64,000 bases of DNA from an uncultured Acidobacteriaceae bacterium (GCA_963838425.1 CAWIRH010000012.1:26955-90954); one strand, 5' to 3'; numbered from the stretch's first letter, positions 47,393 through 55,449 are shown. Notes: a model not told the origin generated them from the letters alone. Numbers and translations are program-made.

Positions 47393-48122
47393 CCCACCTC
47401 AGCCTGAAGTCTATGTACAGGGGAGAAAGCTTGACGTGCTGCCCGGTAACGTATTTCGGACTGGCTGCCATTTCGAGCATGGCGAGAATCGCGCCGGGAT
47501 TTCCCTTGCTGTAGTGAACGAATTTCTGAATCGCTTCGTCCTGATTTGCGGCGTTTAGGTGCATCTCTTGTGCGGTTCGCACGGCGAACCCTCTTGCCGT
47601 ATGCGAATCGAAATTCCGCAGGGCATACTTGTCGGAACGATCGGAGAACATCGGCAACAAGAACCCGACGTCTTCCATGTGCGCGGAGCGGGCAACCGCA
47701 ATGAGCGGGGTTGCCGTCCAATTGCACACATCCTTCAGTGAGGCAGCAAACGACTGGGACGGAGATTTCAGGTGGTCGAGCACAATCCAATGGCTGGCTT
47801 CACGCAAAGCACCTGTGACGATCCCCCGGATAGAGACGGCGGACTTGTCATTGATGGCGTTCAGACCACGAGTCCCACAGGCTTGGAGGACGCGGCGATT
47901 CTTTCTTGCAAACAGTCCAGCCGCAAGCTTCCGAAAAACAGCTTGGTTGCTGGAAGATTCGTCGCAATACACCATCTCGGGTACTTCGACTGCCAGTTGT
48001 TTCAGGAGCAGTGTTTTGCCAACCCCAGCGGGACCGTGAAGCAGGAAGGAACGACGACGAGACACCAATTGCCGGAGTTGCTCAAACTCAGCATCTCTTC
48101 CATAGATGGCGGTCGGACTCAT
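47376..48122 (-). CDS. AAA+ ATPase (Cdc6/ORC-like P-loop NTPase)
   Basis: Walker A LLHGPAGVGKTLL and Walker B HWIVLDHL. ATGA overlap with the dynamin-like gene. Confidence 0.7.
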   Translation of the reverse strand: MSPTAIYGRDAEFEQLRQLVSRRRSFLLHGPAGVGKTLLLKQLAVEVPEMVYCDESSSNQAVFRKLAAGLFARKNRRVLQACGTRGLNAINDKSAVSIRGIVTGALREASHWIVLDHLKSPSQSFAASLKDVCNWTATPLIAVARSAHMEDVGFLLPMFSDRSDKYALRNFDSHTARGFAVRTAQEMHLNAANQDEAIQKFVHYSKGNPGAILAMLEMAASPKYVTGQHVKLSPLYIDFRLRWGATHG

Positions 48123-50065
48123 GAATGCCCCAGATGAGAAGTTTCGGCTCCGCTTAGGCGAGCGAGTTCAGCCTCTATGCCCGACAGTTTTTTTAATGAC
48201 GATTCAACGGACGGGGCACCGGCTGCGTGGGCAGCGCGTGCGCGAGCCAGCGCCCGCTCCGCGACCGCGCTCAGTTCACGCAGCACGGCGCGTATCTCGG
48301 CTTCGAGAGAACGGCGGCTCCTGGTTACGCGTTCCTCAAGATCGTTGCGCACGCGCTCGCTGTTGGTCTCCAAGAGAAGATCGAGAAAATCGTGGGCGGC
48401 GGCATCAATCACCGAGTGCGCCCGAATAGCGCCGAGCATTAGGTCGGCAACGTAGCGCACAGGGGAAGCCGGAATGGCCAAAACGATGTACTCGTAGAAT
48501 TGAAACTCAGAGCGAGTTCGGAAATCCTGTTCAGCATTCAACTCTTTTGGCAAGTACTCCAGTTCGGTGGTTCGGACGCCACGCGTCTTGGACAAGAAGT
48601 CAGTTGTCAAATCAGTGAATCTCTTTGCTATCTTGCGGTACGCTTCCTCTCCTTTTGTTTTCTCGGTTTCCAACCACGGCATCGTGTGATTCCGAGCCAC
48701 GTCTTGAGCCGCCCGCATGGCAGATCGCCGATACCGAGGTCCGTTAGTTCGCGGCAGTGACTCCAGGGCCGAACCAAGTTCGTGGTGCGCCACCTCTCGC
48801 ACGGACTTGAGGAAGAAATCCCGGTGATCGCCAAACGTCTTTGACAGGCGCTGTTGTTCGCCGGAGAACAGGTATCCGAGGTCATTCAGGGACTGCTCAG
48901 CTTGCGACACTATCTCTCGTAGTTGGCTGATCCGCCTCTCAGACTCATCGAAAGGTCGAGTCAACGCGTCTCGCTCCTCCTTCACCACAACAAGGAGTTG
49001 ACTCGATAAACGTCGCACTGAACGATCCTCAGCATCGTGGACAAGTTTCCGGCCTGAACGCTGCACCAATTGTTCCAGCGCGTTTACCAGTAGCGCCCAA
49101 TCTCTCGGAGAACCACCGTTGTCGAGTTGTTCGAGGGCACTGATTTCGAAAATCGAACGGACAGGGCGCTGAAGCCGGCTTTCAAGCACCTGTCGGGCAA
49201 AAGAAACTGCCGCATCCCGGTCGGGCTTGGTGACGCGATCTGCCTTGTTCAAGACGAACAGGATGTCGGGAATTTCTTTTGCAACGCTCTCGACCAGCGC
49301 CAATTCGTCTCCGGCGATTGGAGGATCGGCACCGATCACGACGATAGCAGCGTCGATGTGCGGGAGAAATGCGTGTGTGGCAGCGGTGTTGCCCGCGAAC
49401 ACGGAGCCGAGCCCCGGCGTGTCCACAAAGCACATGCCCTGTGCCAGCAGCGGGCTGGGCACAAATACTTCCAACCCCGCGACTCCCTTGCTGTTCTCCG
49501 GGTTCCGTACTTCGGACACGTACTCCTCAATCGTGGCTATGGCAATGTCCGTCCATTCATCACTTTTTAGGCGAACACGTGCCCCGAGGGTTTCTCCGAA
49601 TCTCAATATCGTGGGGACAGCCGTGACCGGAACCACCCCACTGGGCAGGATGGGCTTACCCATCAAGGCGTTCAACAGGGTGGATTTGCCGCGTTTGAAC
49701 TGGCCGACGCAGGCTACGTAGAAACGCCCCTCCGCAATGCGCTCGGCGGCGGAACGGGCATCCTCCGTGATTTGATCGCTATTGAACTGCTCGGCTAGAC
49801 TCGCAATGCGAAGCAACTGGTTCGCTTCTACGCCAACAACGCCGCATGAACCCAAGTCGTGCCGAGAACCAGAGGCTCGCAACTCGCCGGATACCGCGAG
49901 GCGCTCCGTATCGCTGGTGCGACGGTCTGGTGTCCGGCGATCTGAACTCATTGCTCTGCCCGAACTTCCTCTTGGCGCCGGGTGGCGCGCTCGTTGTACG
50001 GAGCCCGCTTTACGTCTTCCGTGTATTCCCCCCTCAGTCCAAACTGCCCTGCTCGATGACGACAT
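48119..50065 (-). CDS. Bacterial dynamin-like GTPase
   Basis: G1 GQFKRGKSTLLNAL, G3 FVDTPGLGS and G4 VLNKADRV, followed by about 350 aa of helical stalk. The start could be ATG 49951, since the 50065 start overlaps the DUF190 gene end. Confidence 0.75.
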   Translation of the reverse strand: MSSSSRAVWTEGGIHGRRKAGSVQRARHPAPRGSSGRAMSSDRRTPDRRTSDTERLAVSGELRASGSRHDLGSCGVVGVEANQLLRIASLAEQFNSDQITEDARSAAERIAEGRFYVACVGQFKRGKSTLLNALMGKPILPSGVVPVTAVPTILRFGETLGARVRLKSDEWTDIAIATIEEYVSEVRNPENSKGVAGLEVFVPSPLLAQGMCFVDTPGLGSVFAGNTAATHAFLPHIDAAIVVIGADPPIAGDELALVESVAKEIPDILFVLNKADRVTKPDRDAAVSFARQVLESRLQRPVRSIFEISALEQLDNGGSPRDWALLVNALEQLVQRSGRKLVHDAEDRSVRRLSSQLLVVVKEERDALTRPFDESERRISQLREIVSQAEQSLNDLGYLFSGEQQRLSKTFGDHRDFFLKSVREVAHHELGSALESLPRTNGPRYRRSAMRAAQDVARNHTMPWLETEKTKGEEAYRKIAKRFTDLTTDFLSKTRGVRTTELEYLPKELNAEQDFRTRSEFQFYEYIVLAIPASPVRYVADLMLGAIRAHSVIDAAAHDFLDLLLETNSERVRNDLEERVTRSRRSLEAEIRAVLRELSAVAERALARARAAHAAGAPSVESSLKKLSGIEAELARLSGAETSHLGHS

Positions 50066-50351
50066 TCTCGCGGACGATGAGGCGATGCGCGGCCATCTCT
50101 CGCAGCTTCGGGAGAACGCGGTTGACGTGCTCGTCGGTATCGACGAAGGAGATCACGACGGGCAGTTCGCCTCCGGCTTCGACGAGGTGCGCGGTGTGGA
50201 CGCGGCCTCGTCCGAGAAAGCCGGCGACGGCGTGGAAGGCGACGGCTCCGAAGACATTTTCCTCGCGCAGATATTTCAGGATTTCCAGATGCAGCGGGCG
50301 ATGATGCCAGGAATCGCCTTCGGTGAGATAGATGGTGACTTGAACGGCCAT
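50034..50351 (-). CDS. DUF190-domain protein (PII-like, fluoride-associated)
   Basis: MAVQVTIYLTEGDSWHHRPLHLEILKYLREENVFGAVAFHAVAGF. It is the typical partner of crcB. ATG at 50351. Confidence 0.8.
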   Translation of the reverse strand: MAVQVTIYLTEGDSWHHRPLHLEILKYLREENVFGAVAFHAVAGFLGRGRVHTAHLVEAGGELPVVISFVDTDEHVNRVLPKLREMAAHRLIVRENVVIEQGSLD

Positions 50352-50370
50352 AACGACGCTAACTCCTATT

Positions 50371-50766
50371 CTACAAACCCCGGGCAAGCGCGGCGCCAGC
50401 CAGAACGGCGGCGAGGCAGAGCGCGTTGCTGGCCACAATGTTGATGCCGGTCAGGAGCCATTGCCCCTGCTCCATCAGCGAAAAGCTTTCGAAGGCATAG
50501 CTGGAGAAAGTGGTGTAGGAACCGCAGAAGCCGATGGCGACCAGCAGGCGCCAGCGCGGGTCGAGCAGAGCGCGTTCGGTCGAAAACACGAGAAAAAATC
50601 CGAGGACGAGGCTGCCGGTGATGTTGATCAGCAGCGTGCCATAGGGGAACGCGGAGGAGAAGTCGCGGGCGATTAGAGTGCTGAGGAAGTAGCGGGCGCT
50701 GGCTCCAACCACGGCGCCGAGCGCGATCCATAGATAGTTGAAAAGATAGTTGGCGTGACAGTTCAC
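50371..50766 (-). CDS. crcB: Fluoride ion channel CrcB/FluC
   Basis: Contains LWIALGAVVGASARYFLS...YGTLLINITGSLVLGF...GFCGSYTTFS. I prefer GTG 50766 (AGGAG 9 nt upstream), because ATG 50802 lies inside the riboswitch. Confidence 0.85.
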   Translation of the reverse strand: MNCHANYLFNYLWIALGAVVGASARYFLSTLIARDFSSAFPYGTLLINITGSLVLGFFLVFSTERALLDPRWRLLVAIGFCGSYTTFSSYAFESFSLMEQGQWLLTGINIVASNALCLAAVLAGAALARGL

Positions 50767-50791
50767 GATGGAGTACTCCTGCAAAAGTTCT

Positions 50792-50840
50792 GTAGGAGTC
50801 ATCAGCCGAACGGGCGGTTAACGGCGAACTCCATCGCCAG
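50792..50840 (-). promoter_or_regulatory. Fluoride riboswitch (crcB RNA motif)
   Basis: The minus strand reads CUGGCGAUGGAGUUCGCCGUUAACCGCCCGUUCGGCUGAUGACUCCUAC. This matches the conserved GGCGAUGGnGUUCGCC...AAC...GCUGAUGAUUCCUAC pattern. A TATACT -10-like box lies just upstream. Confidence 0.85.
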
Positions 50841-50876
50841 TGTCTTAGTATAACGCAGAAGCGGAAGGCGTTCCGC

Positions 50877-51308
50877 CTAGAAAGCTCCCAGCCAGCGGAC
50901 GGGGAAGCGGCTTCCAAGGGCGTTTACCAGGCGCTCGTCGGCGGTGATGAGTTCAGTCCCTGTGGCAGTGGCCATCGCTACATAAGTGCTGTCGTAAATG
51001 GTTCGGTCAAAATCGGTGGCGATTTTGAACGCATCTGGCAGAAAAGCTCGGCTCGGCAGAGTCGGGAAGTCCCGATTGAGCATCGCTTCGAGGGCGCGGC
51101 GCGCCAATGCCGATGTTATCGTGCCACGCTTCGCGGCTTTCCAAAGAAAGCTGCCGATCTCGAGCCAGAACAAATCCGGGACGACCACCTGGATTGTTCC
51201 ATCCACGTAAGCACGAAGAAAGCGGTCGGCGGGAGCGGCGAGAGGCTCGACGATCTCAGGTGACGCCCACTTGGCGCCGACGCTGGCGTCCACGACGAAA
51301 GTCTTCAC
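50877..51308 (-). CDS. vapC: PIN-domain type II toxin (VapC family)
   Basis: MKTFVVDASV...D...TADERL pattern of conserved acidic residues. 4-nt overlap with the upstream antitoxin gene. Confidence 0.8.
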   Translation of the reverse strand: MKTFVVDASVGAKWASPEIVEPLAAPADRFLRAYVDGTIQVVVPDLFWLEIGSFLWKAAKRGTITSALARRALEAMLNRDFPTLPSRAFLPDAFKIATDFDRTIYDSTYVAMATATGTELITADERLVNALGSRFPVRWLGAF

Positions 51309-51556
51309 CGCTCACGATCCTCGCGGATCATCTCTTCGGCAGAGGGGAAGGGACCTTTTCCGGAAGGCTGGTGGGAGCGGAGTTCCATCAAATCCTCATA
51401 GAACCGACGGCGTTGTTTCAGTTCCGCCGCGGTGGGCACGGCGTCCTTCAGCAGCGCGATGACCTCGGCGGCGATGGAGCTGCGCTTCTTGCGGGCGCGG
51501 GCGCGCAGGGCTTCGTAGAGGTCCCTGGGCACGTTTTCCACGTATAGGGTTGGCAT
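51305..51556 (-). CDS. RHH (Arc/FitA-like) type II antitoxin
   Basis: MPTLYVENVPRDLYEALRARARKKRSSIAAEVIALLKDAV. 83 aa. Confidence 0.75.
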   Translation of the reverse strand: MPTLYVENVPRDLYEALRARARKKRSSIAAEVIALLKDAVPTAAELKQRRRFYEDLMELRSHQPSGKGPFPSAEEMIREDRER

Positions 51557-51619
51557 AGGGATAGTCTAGCACATCCCTAGGAACCGGCGGCGAAAGATCG
51601 AACTTTCTGAGATCCAGCG

Positions 51620-51820
51620 CCTGAAGAGGCATTCATTCTAAACGCTTTCGGCGTACCTGAAGGCATGCCCTGATACGAATCGCACTGGCATCAGGGCCTG
51701 CCAGCAAGATCTTGCCGCGGTAAAGCCGCCTCAGCCCCTAAAGGGGCGTCTGATTTTGAGGGACTTACGGTATCGCTAAAGCGATACCCTGATACGAAGC
51801 CGGAGTTTTTCGCAACCTGT
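51620..51820. repeat. Composite hairpin-repeat element (family A variant, about 200 bp)
   Basis: Right end GAGTTTTTCGCAACCTGT abuts the VOC stop codon. It contains GCCCC-TAAA-GGGGC (51734..51747), GGTATCGC-TAAA-GCGATACC (51769..51788), a degenerate GGCGTACC-TGAA-GGCATGCC (51649..51668) and CTGGCA-8 nt-TGCCAG. Confidence 0.65.
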
Positions 51821-52170
51821 TAGCGGTGGAGCACGGCTGACTTCACGATCTCTCTGGCATCCTCGGCTGCGGCGTACTCCCAGAGGCAGAGTTGGTTGCC
51901 GTCGGGGTCGCGGAAGAAGGCCAGTTTTCCGCCCTGCTTGTTCTTGATATCACTGGTCGGGATGCCGAGAGCGTGCATTTGCTCCAACGTCTCATGCAAG
52001 TGGGCGACGGAAAAGCAAAGGCGGGCATTGCCGTTGCCGGGGACCACCGATCCGGGCGGCACGCGCACGAGTTCGATGAGCACGCCATCGAGATCGAAGC
52101 GCGCGACGTAGTCCTGCGAAAGCAGAGAGAGCCCGAGGGTGTCGCGATAGAAGGCGATGGATGCTTCCAT
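51820..52170 (-). CDS. VOC (glyoxalase/bleomycin-resistance/dioxygenase) family protein
   Basis: Contains MEASIAFYRDTLGL...FFRDPDGNQLCLWE. The first beta-strand appears to be encoded upstream of the ATG (see findings). Confidence 0.75.
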   Translation of the reverse strand: MEASIAFYRDTLGLSLLSQDYVARFDLDGVLIELVRVPPGSVVPGNGNARLCFSVAHLHETLEQMHALGIPTSDIKNKQGGKLAFFRDPDGNQLCLWEYAAAEDAREIVKSAVLHR

Positions 52171-52523
52171 GTTGGTGACGTAGTAGAAGACGGTGTCGAA
52201 GGAGAGTTTCAGCTTGCTCGAAGATTAGGGCAGCATGGCGGAGCACTTCCTTTCTTCCGCTGGACGGGGATGTCCGTGGACCAGTTTGCTGACGGAGAAA
52301 AGTTTAGGAGAATGGCGGCGGTTTGTCAGTGAGGAACGGCACCAGTGGAAGTGACGGCTCGGAGATTGGGCATCATGTGGGTAGGCTCTACCACGCCGTT
52401 CCTGCCCTTGACACCGCTATTTTTGGCCTTTATTCTTACTTATTGCTCCCTGAGAGACTTTCGTCTCTGTGCGCACTTCCGCGGGCCTTTGCGGTAATTG
52501 GAGTGGGGGCGGCGGAGGTTCCA

Positions 52524-53069
52524 ATGCTCATCGGAATTAAGGATTTGGAGATTCACCCGGTCGATTTCCGGGAGGAGTTCAGCCCGGGTGTGATCGATCT
52601 GGGCGAGGAGGTCCGGCAGCGGTCGCCGCTCGGCAGCGAGGGCCGGGCGGATCTGGTCGAGGAGCATCACGGCAAGCACAAGGTGGTGCAGGACATCCGG
52701 GTGAAGGGGAAGCTGGAGACGAGCCTGGAAGTGCCTTGTGCGCGTTGTCTCGATCCGGTCGTGCATCAGGTGGAGCGCAGCTTCGATCTTCTGTACCGGC
52801 CGCTGGGAACCGACTCCGGGCACGAAGAGCTTTCGGTCACCGACGCCGAGGCCGAGATTGGTTATTACGAGGGCGAAGGGTTGTTGCTGGAAGACATGCT
52901 GCGCGAGCAGGTGCTGCTGGCGCTGCCGTTGAAGACGGTTTGCCGCGAAGATTGCAAAGGCCTGTGTCCGCACTGCGGCAAGAACTTGAATGAAATTCAG
53001 TGCTCGTGCGTGGACGAGGTCGAGGATCCGCGCTGGTCGGCGCTGAAGGAAATACGGGATAAGTTGTGA
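52524..53069 (+). CDS. yceD: YceD/DUF177 family protein (ribosome-assembly associated)
   Basis: GGAGG RBS. Contains CARCL...CREDCKGLCPHCGKNLN. It lies directly upstream of rpmF, as is usual. Confidence 0.8.
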   Translation: MLIGIKDLEIHPVDFREEFSPGVIDLGEEVRQRSPLGSEGRADLVEEHHGKHKVVQDIRVKGKLETSLEVPCARCLDPVVHQVERSFDLLYRPLGTDSGHEELSVTDAEAEIGYYEGEGLLLEDMLREQVLLALPLKTVCREDCKGLCPHCGKNLNEIQCSCVDEVEDPRWSALKEIRDKL

Positions 53070-53072
53070 GAA

Positions 53073-53149
53073 CCAGTTGCCAGTTGCCAGTCCCCAGTTG
53101 CCAGTAAGGCGGGGTTGACTGGCAACTGGCGGCTGGCAACTGGCCACTG
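53073..53149. repeat. Long imperfect palindrome with arms of tandem 7-mers (CCAGTTG x4-5 / CAACTGG x4-5), 12-nt loop
   Basis: Left arm 53073..53105, right arm 53118..53149. It fills the yceD-rpmF spacer. Confidence 0.85.
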
Positions 53150-53162
53150 AAAAGGAATCATC

Positions 53163-53348
53163 ATGCCGAATCCGAAACGCAGACATTCACAACGGCGCAC
53201 CAGCACGCGGCGCGCGCATGACTCACTCTCGAAGCACTCGCTGTCGGAGTGTCCGAACTGCCATGAGCAGAAGATGCCGCACCGCGCCTGCCCGAAGTGC
53301 GGAACCTACAAGGGCCGCGAAGTGGTAGAGGTCGAAGAGAAGTCCTAA
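53163..53348 (+). CDS. rpmF: 50S ribosomal protein L32
   Basis: Begins MPNPKRRHSQRRTSTRRAH and contains ...CPNCHEQKMPHRACPKCGTYKGREV. Confidence 0.95.
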   Translation: MPNPKRRHSQRRTSTRRAHDSLSKHSLSECPNCHEQKMPHRACPKCGTYKGREVVEVEEKS

Positions 53349-53357
53349 TTTCCTTTC

Positions 53358-54375
53358 ATGCCTAGCGTAATCGCACTGGATGCGATGGGGTCCGACAAGG
53401 CGCCGAAGCCGGAGATTGAAGGCGCATTGCAGGCGGCGCGCCATGCACGGCGTGCGCGTGCTTCTGGTGGGGCCGGAACCGCAACTGTGGGCCGAATTGG
53501 AGCGCTATCCCGGCGCGCGGCGGCTGCCCATTGAGGTCGTTCACGCCAGCGAAGTCATCACCATGGACGACAAAGTGGAGGCGATTCGCGCCAAGCGCGA
53601 TTCGTCGATCCGCGTCGGACTGCGGCTGGTGCGCGAAGGGCGGGCCGCGGGCTTTGTAACGGCGGGCAACACGGGCGCCGCCATGGCTACGGCTAAAGTG
53701 GTGCTGGGCGCGCTGCCGGGCGTGGATCGTCCGGCGCTGGCGGCGGCGTTCCCTACGGTGCTGAACACGGCGGCGGTTCTGCTCGATGTCGGCGCGAACG
53801 TCGATTGCACGGCCAATAACCTCGAGCAGTTTGCGGTGATGGGCGATATCTATTGCCGTTCGATTTTCGGCATGGAGCATCCGCGGGTTGGGCTGCTTTC
53901 GATCGGAGAAGAAGAAGGCAAAGGCAACGAGCTGACACGCGAGGCGTTTCAACTGCTGAAGCGGCTTCCGATCAATTTTATCGGCAATGTGGAAGGGCGC
54001 GATTTATATAACGGCCATGTCGATGTGATCGTGGCCGACGGATTTGTCGGCAACGTTGCGTTGAAGACTTCGGAAGGCGTGGCGCGGCTGGTGCGCGTTG
54101 TGCTGAAAGAGACCTTGAAGGCGACGATCACGCGGCAGGTGGGCGCGTTGCTTTCGCGCAACGCGTTTTCCGATTTCAAGAAGCGGCTGGATCACACCGA
54201 TTATGGCGGCGCGCCGCTGCTGGGTGTAAGAGGCGTGTGCATCATCACCCACGGATCGTCGAATACGAATGCCATCAAGAACGCGGTGCGCGTGGCGGCG
54301 GAATTCGCCGAGGGCAAAGTAAATGAAACGATCGAGCGTGAGTTGGCGGAACTGAGCGCGGCGGTTGCGACGTAG
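53358..54375 (+). pseudogene. plsX: Phosphate acyltransferase PlsX, N-terminus displaced by a +1 frameshift near 53441
   Basis: ATG 53358 encodes [28 protein letters not shown] in frame 0. The remainder ([12 protein letters not shown]...TAGNTGA...ADGFVGN...) is in frame 1 from 53443. Confidence 0.85.
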
Positions 54376-54376
54376 G

Positions 54377-54486
54377 GAAGGTTAGAGGTGAGAGGTCAGA
54401 TTGGAGAGGTTAAAACCTATCGCGCAAACGGTGTTGGCGATCCGTGGTTTTACCTCTGCAATCTGACCTCCGACCTCTGACCTTTC
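54377..54486. repeat. Long imperfect palindrome with arms of AGAGGTN-type 7-mers, about 28-nt loop
   Basis: The left arm 54377..54417 (GAAGGTTAGAGGTGAGAGGTCAGATTGGAGAGGTTAAAACC) pairs with the right arm 54446..54486. The loop contains ATCGC...GCGAT. It ends 4 nt before the fabD ATG. Confidence 0.85.
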
Positions 54487-54490
54487 ATTT

Positions 54491-55449
54491 ATGACAAACA
54501 CTTCTTCTCAAATCGTTTTTCTATTTCCGGGCCAAGGTTCGCAAGCCGTGGGCATGGGCAAAGAACTGGCCGGCCACTATCCGGTGGCGCGTCGAACCTT
54601 TGAAGAGGCCGACGAGGCGCTGGGCTACAAGCTGTCCGAGCTTTGCTTTGAAGGTCCGGAAGAAAAATTGAGGCTGACCGAGATCACGCAGCCGGCGATT
54701 CTGACGGCGTCGGTGGCGGTGTGGCGCGTGCTGCAGGAAAGAGGCCTGCATCCGGACCTTGTTGCCGGGCATAGCCTGGGCGAGTATTCGGCGCACGTGG
54801 CGGCGGGTACGCTGACGTTTGCGGACGCGGTGCGGACGGTTCGTAATCGCGGCAAGTATATGCAGGAAGCGGTGCCGGTGGGCGTGGGCGCGATGGCGGC
54901 GATTCTTGGGATGACGCTCGACCAGGTCGAGCGAAATTGCGAACGAAGCGGCGCAGGGAGAAGTCTGCCAGGCGGCCAATATCAATTCACCCGAGCAAAT
55001 CGTGATCTCGGGACACGCCGGCGCCGTGGACCGCGCCATGAAGCTGGCCACCGAACGCGGGGCGAAGAAGGCCGTAAGCCTGCCGGTGAGCGCGCCTTTC
55101 CATTGTTCGCTGATGCAACCGGCGCAGGATCGCCTGGCGCGAGACCTGAGGGCGCTGAGTTTTCAGGATCCGTTGTGTCCGGTGGTCTGCGAATGTCGAT
55201 GCGGCGGTGGTCGATTCCGCGGACGCTGCGCGCGACGCCCTGATTCGCCAGGTGACCGGCACGGTGAGGTGGGAGCCGTCGGTGCGCTTGCTGATCAATA
55301 AGGGAGCCAGCCTGTTTATTGAAGTCGGCCCGGGAAAAGTTCTGTGGGGACTGATGCGGCAGATCGACCGCTCGAAGACCTGCGTGACCGTGGGGGATCC
55401 GGCGTCGCTGCAGAAGACGCTGGAGCAGATTGCGGCGATGGCGGCTTAG
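54491..55449 (+). pseudogene. fabD: Malonyl-CoA:ACP transacylase, interrupted by two +1 frameshifts (about 54932 and about 55191)
   Basis: Frame 2 gives FLFPGQGSQ...GHSLGEYSA...LDQVE. Frame 0 gives EIANEAAQGEVCQAANINSPEQIVISGHAGAV...PVSAPFHCSLM...PVVC. Frame 1 gives NVDAAVVDSADAARDALIRQVTGTVRWE...EVGPGKVL.... Confidence 0.85.

Noticed and set aside
50767-50802. ATG 50802 as the crcB start codon (143-aa ORF)
   Set aside because: The ATG lies inside the conserved 3' strand of the fluoride riboswitch (GCUGAUGACUCCUAC). GTG 50766 has an AGGAG RBS and gives a typical-length CrcB.
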